The translations under genes were made by a program, and so were the position numbers. Source: Eledone cirrhosa (lineage: Eukaryota). From it: a stretch of 64,000 nt of DNA. This document shows positions 53,515 to 64,000 of this stretch, piece after piece. How positions within the stretch are numbered: position 1 is the first letter of the stretch; each line of letters opens with the position of its first letter. The notes beneath the pieces are model-generated. The model was not told the origin of the DNA and did no database searches. It was given only the letters and a program-made list of their open reading frames with translations. The stretch spans positions 89,404,001 to 89,468,000 of the forward strand of contig OZ024745.1 of assembly GCA_964016885.1 (NCBI GenBank). Direction: 5' to 3'.

Positions 53515-54504
53515 TTCACCCAGAGGAAGATTATTTTCAGTGTTAAAATGTTAGTGGAGACACCAGATCAGGCGCAGTATTATTGCAACTTCGATTAACA
53601 TTATAAACTTTTGTTGCTAAGTACACAGCAACAGGTCCCTATATAGAAAAGTGAAACACATAAAATGGTTTAGCAGAAAATCCACACATAACCAACGTTT
53701 TCAATGTTATATATTATATTTGTACAATGTATAAGACACCTTTCGGGAATTAATCTTCAGTTTGTATTAGAATATTCATAAATTCATAAATTCTATTACT
53801 TGAAATTCACTTTAGTAATCTCACCATAACTGAAAAACATCTTCTTGAAGAAGCAGCATAAATCCTGTGGACATTTCACGTTTATCGAAATCAAAAATAT
53901 TCTTGCATAATGAAAATGTTATTTGTGTTTTTTTTTATTTATGTATTATGTATTTTGGCTTTACTCTGAAATCTTTATTTGATATTGTTTTGGATAACTA
54001 CATTCACGACATGACATGCAATAAAAGGAAGGAACCGTCCATAGAAAACGACGCTATGTTCGTCAAATTTAGAGACCAATACACGCACATTACATTAATA
54101 TCTTTGCTCAATGATGTATATTTACCCTTATACAGATTATTCTATCCTCCATATATAGCATATATACTCTTCTATACCACAAACATATACACATATATAC
54201 ACACAGACATCATTATCATTTTCATCATTATTATCGTTTTTACGTCCGTTTTTTCGACGGCTATTACTGGACTCCAGAAATAGCCGTCGAAACGGCTTGA
54301 GCTCCGCCGTCGGGGTTAAACATTTTCCTATAACCCACTCTACTACCCTAAGTATTGAGTACTCTGGTGCGTTATGGTCCATCTGGTTACTTACAACACC
54401 TCCTTCGTTGTGCATATATATATATATGTATATATGTATATGCATGTATTACATTTATGTTTGTGTGTGTTTATAAACAGAGACTGGGAAAGAGGGAGAA
54501 GAAT

Positions 54505-54535
<31 letters not shown>

Positions 54536-54763
54536 GGACAGACAGATAGGTATTTATATATATATATATATATATATATACGTAAGGTAAACATTGATGC
54601 AATTAAATTCTAGCACTCAACGTACTTTTCCACATAGGAGCGGCGGAGTATATGTCGAATAAGAAAAGCGATGTAGTTTCAGAAGTCCTTAATTGACCAT
54701 CACCCGCTGAGAGAATATATAGTTATTTCTAGGTATTATAGTTTCACTATAGTTTTATTATAT

Positions 54764-54844
<81 letters not shown>

Positions 54845-54892
54845 GTAAGTATGTATGTATACGTAAATGCATATATGTATACAGACGTACAG

Positions 54893-55140
54893 TAGGAAAG
54901 TATATACTTTCGAACGTTCAACTATCTGGCAGATGGGTATACGGTGCTGATGATAGCTAACAAGCTTGAAACTAGTACATCGTTCCTGTGCCAGTGTTGA
55001 ACAAAAAGGTGACGTGGTTGCCTTAATACCGTGCGGCATAAATTCAGGCTGTTCAGTTTATTTACAAACGAACAAAGCGGGCTCTATAATAAGCGTCCGC
55101 TAAACTGATGCGTACATATATGTATGTGTACCTGTATGTA

Positions 55141-55226
<86 letters not shown>

Positions 55227-55666
55227 CATGCTACTGTACGTATATATACATATATGTATGTACGTATACATACATACTTACATTTAAGTAAGTGCCGTAC
55301 TAAGAGTGAGAAATGAAATTTCGTTTTCATTGTTTTTTACAACTCATCGTTTTCGGTGCGCCTGACCGATTTAACTCACTCGATATGCAAATTAGGCTGC
55401 TCAGCCGTTAATTTTCATAAGGAAAGTATATACTTTCGAACGTTCAACTATCTGGCAGATGGGTATACGGTGCTGATGATAGCTAACAAGCTTGAAACTA
55501 GTACATCGTTCCTGTGCCAGTGTTAAACAAAAAGGTGACGTGGTTGCCTTAACACCGTGCGGCATAAATTCAGGCTGTTCAGTTTATTTACAAACGAACA
55601 AAGCGGGCGCTATAATAAGCGTCCGCTAAACTGATGCGTACATATATGTATGTGTACCTGTATGTA

Positions 55667-55730
<64 letters not shown>

Positions 55731-55846
55731 TGCTACTGTACGTCTGTATACATATATGTATGTACGTATACATACATACTTACATTTAAGTAAGTGCCGT
55801 ACTAAGAGTGAGAAATGAAATTTCGTTTTCATTTTTTTTTACAACT
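54893..55846. repeat. Recent tandem duplication (~526-bp period) with internal (TA)n of different length
   Basis: 54893-55344 is nearly identical to 55420-55846. Confidence 0.9.
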
Positions 55847-55895
<49 letters not shown>

Positions 55896-55907
55896 GATAG
55901 ATAGATA

Positions 55908-58900
55908 ACTTTCTTTTTATCTGCCACCAGGGCATCAAAAGTGGGACAAGTACAATGTGGGGAGTTTACATAACAAGGCGTCCTCAATAAGGAGGAGGCA
56001 ATAACAAGATATAAAAATAAGATAAAATATAACAAAATAAATTTAATAACAAAATCCTCAATAGGGAGGAGGCGCCTTGGGGGGTCGCACACACCCCCGA
56101 AAAAAAGTGTGCAACCCTTCTCCTCTGGAGCACAGTGAGGGGGTGCGCCCTTGATCTTTCATCTTCCTCACCTATAGTCTGATGTAGAGTGAAGGCCCAT
56201 TCACACGGGCCATTCTCGCCACTTTCACCCATCTTTCATAAAAACGGCTGGGGTGCAGCACCTCTCTCTCCATCCTGATCCTTCTTCCGAAATGATATCG
56301 GAAGAAACGGACCAGTTGTTGGCCAGAGAAAAAGGTGTCTGACCTCAGTCCTTTCAGACGCGTCCACCATACAACCTCTTTCGCCATGGCTATTACGCAC
56401 AGAAACACCGCCTCTCCTTCGTTTTTGAAGAGGGGAGGCGGCTTGATCGTTACAATAGACTCGGTGGTCAACCGAATCGGTCCCACCCATGACAGCAGTT
56501 GTTCGACATAGTCCCACAGATCGGCAATGCCCGTGCAGTGTACCAATGCGTGTGCAACGGTTTCCTCGTCGCACACGCATCTGAGACAGATCTTTTTCGA
56601 GGGGTCCCTACCCGGGCGCCCGTGTCTGTAGAGCCTTTCTCGAACGGGCAGAGCCCCTCGGTAGCACTGCCAGGCCAGGGACCTCTGGAAGTTATCCATG
56701 GGTCCCGGGCTGAATGTCCTACCGAACAGGTTGGCCAGTCGTCTTCCTCCATGCCTAGGGTTTCTCCGAGGCGTCGTCGCAGCTGCTAACCACCAGTCCT
56801 CTATAGAATGACGAGGTGGATTCTCCACTGACAGCCAGGTCCGCCTGCCAGAGAGCCGTGAGCGCCTGGGCACACTCGGTGTGCCAGGCGCCCAGTTTTC
56901 TCGGTGTTTGCTTGACCCAGGATTGCAGCTCGGTGAGTGAGACGAGTCTGGATAAGGCTCGCCTCACAAACGGGGCCCACACCGGTTGACCGGTGAGGAA
57001 TACCTGGAGGTGCCGTAGCCTTAATGCTTGTTTACGTATCATTAGCCACGGCATCCCCAGCCCTCCTTTAGAAGGGTGTTGACAGCAGATGGATCTCCTC
57101 ACCATAGGAGCCCCCTTCTTCCAAAGGAATTGGAAGAGTGCGCGCTCCATTTTGCCTTGGGCAAGGCACACCGGCCAGGCGGTAGTAGATGACGGACGCT
57201 ATATAAGTGTTCTCCACCTCCGCCCGACCTTTCAGGGACAGTTTGCATTCGGCCCAATTCTGGGACAGTGCAAACACCCTGTTAGTTACCTCACCCCAGT
57301 TCTTCTCCACCTGGAGGTCTGGTCCGAACCTGACCCCGAGAAACTTCACCGGGCCCTCCGCCCAGCGCCCGACGACGCCATCGGAGGGCATCGATCTGCC
57401 CCTCCACGTTGCACACCGATCGACTTGTCCCGGTTCAGCTTAGCCCCTGTAAACCTTTCGTACTCCTCCAGTAAGGTGCCGATCGCCCCGATTTCCGAGG
57501 CCATCGACAGCATTACTGTTACGCCATCGGCGTAGGCCGACACCGCTTTCCACAATTCCGGTTCCAACGGGATGCCCTGCAACAACTCCAACTTCCGCAG
57601 CAGTGGCTCTAGAGTCATTACATACAGAAGGGAGGAGAGAGTGCACCCTTGTCGGATGGACCGCGCGATTTCGAACGGCTCCGAGAGGTAGCCGTTCACC
57701 TTGACCTTAGAGCAGATGCGGCTGCTGTGCATGGCATTGATCCAGCCCCTGAAAATGGGTCCGAAGCCTGCCGCCGCTAGCACCGCATCCAGGTAACCAT
57801 GGTCGACCCTATCGAACGTCTTAGATTGATCCAAGTTGATCAGGGCCCCACCAAAGCCGGGTTCGTTCCCAACCCTCTCTATGATGTATCGTATGAGGTG
57901 GAGGTTGTCGTGGATGGACCTGGACGGGATAGCACATGTCTGCGCATCTCCCACCTGGTTTCCCACGACAAGCGCCAACCTCTTTGCTAACACTTTGGCC
58001 AAAATCTGTAACTCTGTATTTAGCAGAGTTATGGGCGTGAAATTATTTATATCGTTCCCCTTTTTCTCGTCCTTGCTTACTAGCGTGACTACGCCCTTGG
58101 TCACAGCACAGGGAATTCTCCCGTTCTGTTGCCAGTTGCAGTAGACCGCCTCGAGGAGATCGCGGAACAAATCCGGCATGGCTAAATATAGTTCGTATGG
58201 AAGACCATCGAGACCCGGGGATTTGCGTTTGCACATTGGCTCAGAACGTCCTCTATCTCAGCGGCTGAAATCGGCTCCTCGCAGGACTTCGCCTCCCTGT
58301 CCGAGAGACGCTGCAGGCCGTCGAGGTATGGACCGAAGTCCACTTCCCCAACCCGCTCCCCGCCCCTTCCGAATAATCCGGCAAAGTCCTTTTGAAAAGC
58401 CTCGCATATCTGCTTAGGCTCAAGGATCACCCGTCCATCCTGGTCTCGAAAAGACCTGATAGTGGATCTACTCCCTCTTTTGGCTTCTTTCATGCGGGCC
58501 CAGTTAACAGCTTTGGTCCCTCGTTTCCCAGAGCACGTATTTTGCTTCGGACGATGCAGCCTTCGTGTTTCGCGTTGAAGAACTGGCCCAGGGCCGTTCT
58601 CGACGTTAGCACTCAGGCCACGTCGCCGCTTCTAATTGCCTCTTCTACACTATCTACCAACTCCCTTTCCTTCCTATTTCTATTTGAGGCTAACTCCTTA
58701 CTAAATTCTATAGAGACTACTCTAATCTCTCTTTTGAGATATCCCCACCACCTGCTGTTGACGATGGCGCCCGTCAACCGCTCCTTAACTAAAGTGCTAA
58801 TCCTGTCCCTGTAAGCCTTACTTGCCGGTCAGGACAAGTTGAGCTTCCAGTAACCGGGTCCCTGTCTATGCGTTCTGTCAAGGTTGAACATGCAGGTCAC

Positions 58901-59719
58901 TAACTTGTGGTCTGAATAGCCAACCATGCGCATTTTTGGACAACTTAAAAAATCCTTATCCTTATTTCAAACTAAGAACCTATCTAGGTACGACCTAGTT
59001 GATCCGCAGAGTTTTGCCCAAGTCCACGTTGGCGCAGTCGGAAAATCTAGTCGATATCTATCGGCCAGGACAAATCGACCGATTAACCCTTTGAGGCTAT
59101 TACACCCCTCTCTATCGGGACAGGCCCCTACCTAGTCCCAGCGTGCATCTAGGATACCATTCCAGTCCCCCACTAATAGCAAGGAGCGGGACGTCCCTAA
59201 AAAAGTCTCCAGACGATGGAAGAAGTCCGGCCGCATTGACCCGAAAGGGCCGTAGACGGCTACCAACCTAAACGCTCCGCCTTTACTACTGCCAAGGTCC
59301 AGAACCACTAGTCGACCCTGCGGGTCCAAATGTACCGTCTGTGTTGCGAGACCCAGATGTTTTTGCAGAAGAACGACAACCCTACCCCCACCTCCGGGCT
59401 GACAAAGAGATGCGTGCATCTCAAAGTCATCAAATGTGGGGGCCAGCTGTCGCACGTTGATGATCCGGGCCTCGCAAATAACCATCACATCTATACGTTG
59501 TGACCTGAGGTCTTTTAGAAGCATTGCTTTCTTCCAAGTTGAGCCCAGGCCACGCGCATTTAAACAGCCTACTCTTAGCATAGCCATGTTGGTGGTGAAG
59601 AGAAAAGGCACTTACCTCTCTGCGTCCTGGGTATCGGGCTGCACAATTCCCATGAGGGTGGGGGATGGGTTTTTGGGTGGGGTGGTGGTTTGTGGAAGTG
59701 TAGGGGCATCAGTGTGTTG
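55908..59719 (-). mobile_element. Tx1-type LINE copy C, 5'-truncated at the end of ORF1, decayed
   Basis: ORF2 from 59587 to 56172 (CLNARGL, GDWNGILD, SPGLDGLPYE, IRQGCTLS, YADG, CLRC..HALVHC). GATA repeats at 55896-55907 and 59720-59737. Confidence 0.92.
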
Positions 59720-59737
59720 TAGATAGATAACTAGATA

Positions 59738-62700
59738 AATTTATTTATTAGCCACAAGGGCACAAAACAAGGGGACGAATACAAATGGGGAGTTTACATA
59801 CAGGTATATGAAAATAAAACTATTAACAAAATAACAAATAACAATTGAAATCCCCAATAGGGGGGAGTCGTTACACAGGGGTTGTGCACACCCCGAAAAA
59901 AATGTACAACCCTCATCTCCGGGAGTACCAAGAGTGAGTACTCCCCTCCTCTCTTCCTCTTTTTCCTCAACTTACAGGCTTATATAGAGAGAAGGCCCAA
60001 CCACTCGGGCCATATTTTCCACATCCACCCACCTATTATAAAATTTGCTGGGGTACAGCACCTCTCTCTCCATCCTGATTCTTCTTCCAAAATTTTATTT
60101 GAAAAAACGAATCAGCTGTTCGCTGGAGAGAAAGGTGTCTGACCTCAGCCCTTTTAACCTCGTCCACCTTATAACCTCTTTCATCATAGCCATAACACAT
60201 AGGAAAACCGCCGCTCCTTCGTTTTTTAAGGAGGGTGGCGGTTTGATCATGACAATGGACTCGGTGGTCAACTGGATTGGTCCCACCCGCGACAAAAGTC
60301 GTTCTACATAGCCCACGGGTCGGTAACCCCGGGCAGTGTACAATGCGTGCGCGACGGTTTCCTCGGCGCGCACGAATCTCGGACAGATCTTTTTCGAAGG
60401 GTCCCTGCCCGGGCGCCCGTGTCTGTAGAGCTTGTCTCGAACTAGTAGAGCTCCTCGGTAGCACTGCCAGCCAGGGACTTTTTGAAGCTGTACATCTGTC
60501 CCGGGCGGAAAGTCCGACCGAACAGACTGCGGACCAACCCTCTATAGAATGACAAAGTGGAGTCTCCACTGATCGCCGGGTCCGTTTGCCAGAGGACTGT
60601 GAGCGCCTGAGCACATTCGATGTGCCAGTCGCCCATTTTCCTTGGTCTTTGCTTGACCCAGGACTGCAGCTAGGTCAGCGAGACGAGTCGTGGGAAGGAT
60701 CGCCTCACGAACGGGGCCCACACCGGTTGACCGGTGAGGAATACGTGGAGGTGCCGCAGCCTGAGCGCATGTTTGCGCATCGTCAACCACGGCATCCCCA
60801 GCCCTCCGTTTGAAGGGTGTTGGCAGCAGATGGATCTTCTCACAAAAGGAGCCCGTTTCTTCCAAAGGAATTGGAAGAGCGCGCGTTCCATTTTGGCGAG
60901 CGTTTTGGCTGGACAAGGCACGACGGTCAACCGGTATTAGATGACGGACGCTATAAAAGTGTTCGCCACCTCCTTTCGACCTTTCAAGGATAGTTTGCAC
61001 TCGGCCCACTTCTGGGTGAGCGCAAACACTTTGGCCGTCACCTCGTCCCAGTTCTTCTCCACCTGGAAATCAGAACCAAACCAGACCCCAGCAGCTTTAC
61101 CGGTCCTTCCGTCTAGCATCCGACGACGCCATCGGAAGGCATCGGAAGGCATCGGAACGTTCCGAGTTGAAAACCGACGGATTTGTCCCGGTTCAGCGTC
61201 GCTCTTGTGAACTTTTCGTATTCCTTCAGTAGGGTGCCGACCTCCCGATTTGCGAGGTGCTCGACACCATTACTGTCACGTCGTACAGGCCGACGCCGGT
61301 TTTAGCAGTCCCCGTTCTAAAGAGATGCCCTCCAATAGCTCCAACTTCCGCAGTAGTGGCTCGAGAGCCAGTACGTACAGAAGGGAGGAGTGAGGGCATC
61401 CCTGTCGGATGGATCGCATAATATGGAACGGCTCCGAAAAGTAGCCGTTCACCTTGACCCTTGAGCAGTTGTTGCTGTTGTGAATCCAGCCGCTGAACAC
61501 GGGTCCGAAGCCTGCCGCCTCGAGCACCGCATCCAGGTAACGATGGTCAATCCTATCGAAAGCCTTAGACTGATCCAAGTTGATCAGGAACCCACCAAAG
61601 CCATTTTACATCCTGCCCTCTTTATGATGTATCGCATGAGGTGGACCTATTCGTGATTGCGCATGTCTGCGCTTCTCCCACCTGGTTTTTGACGACAAGC
61701 GCCAGCCTCTTTGCCAACACCTTGGCCAAAATCTATAACTCTGCGTTTAGCAGAGTTATGGGCCTGATGTTGTCTATGTCATCCCTCTTATTCTCGTCCT
61801 TCCTCACTGACGTGACTACGCCCTTTGTCACAGAACTGGGATTTCTCCCATTCTGCTGCCAGTTGCCGTAGACCGCTTCCAGGAGACCGGAGAACAAGTG
61901 CGGCATTGCTACGTAAAATTCGTAGGGTAGACCGTCGTGACCTGGTGATTTACGTTTGCCGCATTGGCTCGGCGCGTCCACTATCTCACCACCTTCACTA
62001 CCGTCAACGTCTAGGACCACCAGTCGACCCTCCGAGTCCAGATGCACCGTCTGTGTTAGGAGGTCCAGGTGTTTCCGCAGCAATACGGCAACCCCACCCA
62101 TCTTCCGGCTGACAGAGAGATGCGTAGATCTCAAAGTCGTCTGGGGTGGGGTGGGGAAACAATTTAACAGGACTCGATTGTAGGGTTTGACGCAGGGTTA
62201 CCTACGTCGTTAGGACATTTTCCTTTTAACTGTTTATATGTGTCCATGGAGATCTTAATCATTTTAAGATTAGAATTCTCCAAAGAGTGTGTAAAAGTAT
62301 TCCCTTCGGTCTCCACTGAAGGGTTTTTATATATGGTGTCTGTTATAGTTGTATTGTTAGTATTTAGGTAGGTGTAACATTTTTGTAGTGTTGTGTTGCT
62401 TTTTGTCTGTGGTTCGTGTGTGTGTTTACGTTTTGTAGTAGGTGTTTTTTTGTTTTCAGGAGGAGGTGTTTTTGTTTGGGCTGTTTGCGTCACTTGTGTT
62501 GGTGTTTGTGTGTTTGTTGCATTTTTGTTGGTGTTATGTCTTATCTTTTTTCTTTCACTGGTCGGAAAGGCTCTCCCTCATCGTCACTGGGTGACGATGA
62601 TGAGGCCTCATCCGTGTTGTTGGGGTGGGGTACATTTTGGGGAGCTGTTATTTGTGTGGGTGTTTCTGGAGTTGTTTTAGGTGGGGAGGGGTTGGGTGGT

Positions 62701-63361
62701 ATTGTGTTTGTCGTTTGTTTTGTTGTCACTATTTTTTTATGTTGTTGTTGTGGTGGTGGTGATTGTTGTGCTGGTGTTGCAGGTGTTGGCAGTAGTGCCT
62801 TTTTTTGGCTAGTTAGCCGAGGACAGGAAGCTCTCAGGTGACCCCTGCTTAAGCAGTTGTAACATGAGGGCCATCTACCCTCGACCGAAATGTTTATGTA
62901 TATAAGCTCATCCAGCAGCACACGTGCCGGGATCCTAGCTATTCGTTCTGGTGTCATTTGGACTAGAATTTCCCCAGGCTAGTTCCGCTGAACAGGTCGC
63001 CGGAGGACTTACCTACCGATATTATTGAGTCTTTTTCGAGGTTTAAAAATCCACATAGTACCCACCAAATATCAATATTTGGTGTGATACTTTTGATTTT
63101 GATTTTCTGTGTTCTTTTCCCCATGTAAGTGGGGAAAAAGGGTGAACAGCGGTGACACAATTGGCGACACAGAATATTTCTGTGCCATCAATTGGTTTTT
63201 TCATCACAATGGATAAACTCCCGTAGAGTCTACCCTTCTGAATGAAAACAATGTCTGTTAAGGCATCTTTTAAAACCAACTCAATTTCGCCTTGTGAAAG
63301 TTGAGTCGGTTTTCGGGTTTTGTTTGAGACTGTCCTAAAAACCACAGTTTTCAAAGCGGTT
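59738..63361 (-). mobile_element. Tx1-type LINE copy D, 5'-truncated in ORF1, with two large internal deletions
   Basis: ORF1 CYNCLSRGHLRASC and RT motifs. Deletion junctions near 62140 and 61985. 5' end abuts (TAGA)n. Confidence 0.9.

Positions 63362-63443
<82 letters not shown>
63362..63443. repeat. (GATA)n microsatellite
   Basis: Directly visible, about 20 units. Confidence 0.98.
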
Positions 63444-63532
63444 TTTTTACATGGAGGTGGTAGTACAAGAACATGCATGTACTAACTTACGTAAACACAT
63501 TTACACAAATGTTCACACAATGAATTACAAAG

Positions 63533-63577
63533 AGATTATTATATTCGTTCTTTAAAGAGAAGCGTCTTCAGCAATCT
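63533..63577 (-). ncRNA. Degenerate minimal hammerhead-like motif
   Basis: AGATTG-CTGAAGA-..TTCT/AGAA..-GAATATAA-TAATCT. Confidence 0.5.
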
Positions 63578-64000
63578 AGCTTCTGCGTACAATTTGATAT
63601 TGATAGAAGAATGACATGGAGAGAAATAATAATCAATAAAAAATGAGATATAAAAGGATCATCAAGACAACATTGATACGTATGATGGCGAAAGAAAGAG
63701 AATTTTGAGAAAAAGTCAGACAAAAAAAAATGATGAATAGAGGCAAGAACAAATGCGGGAATGAAAATCGGAGAAAAAAGAATCGGAGAAAAAAATTGTT
63801 ACAAATAAAAATGCAAAGAATACGAAGAAAGAATTCAAAGAAAAACTACAACAACGATATTAATAAAACATTAAAAAAAGGATAAAAGGGAATAGAAAAT
63901 GTGAAGGCTGCCGTTGTCGATAATGAGGATGTCGATGAAATGAAGAAAAGATGAGGAAAGAAGAAGATTAAAGAAAAAATAAATACGATAGTGAATATAT

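Overview
AT-rich, microsatellite-dense animal genomic DNA made almost entirely of transposable elements. I found no supportable host gene. The SINE sequence and repeat style suggest an octopus or other coleoid cephalopod (inference). Contents: (1) four decayed Tx1-type (L1-group) LINE copies on the - strand, in two head-to-tail pairs (3.3-13.8 kb, 55.9-63.4 kb); 7 of their 8 ends abut (GATA)n or (GA)n tracts in a shared register. (2) Two decayed Penelope-like elements (RT plus C-terminal GIY-YIG) and many Penelope-type pseudo-LTR fragments. These carry about 15 hand-foldable type I hammerhead ribozyme motifs from roughly a dozen families, several with a non-canonical position 4. (3) A tRNA-derived SINE family with a six-copy pile-up. 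(4) Helitron derivatives, a mariner MITE with an internal 25-bp minisatellite, and many fold-back palindromes centred on (TA)n. Most notable: apparent (GATA)n-targeted Tx1 arrays, a conserved splice-donor-like motif overlapping the Tx1 ORF1 end, the hammerhead collection, and a tandem pair of diverged GC-rich ~210-nt units with apparent compensatory pairing (41.2-41.7 kb). All folds and alignments were done by eye and boundaries are approximate.
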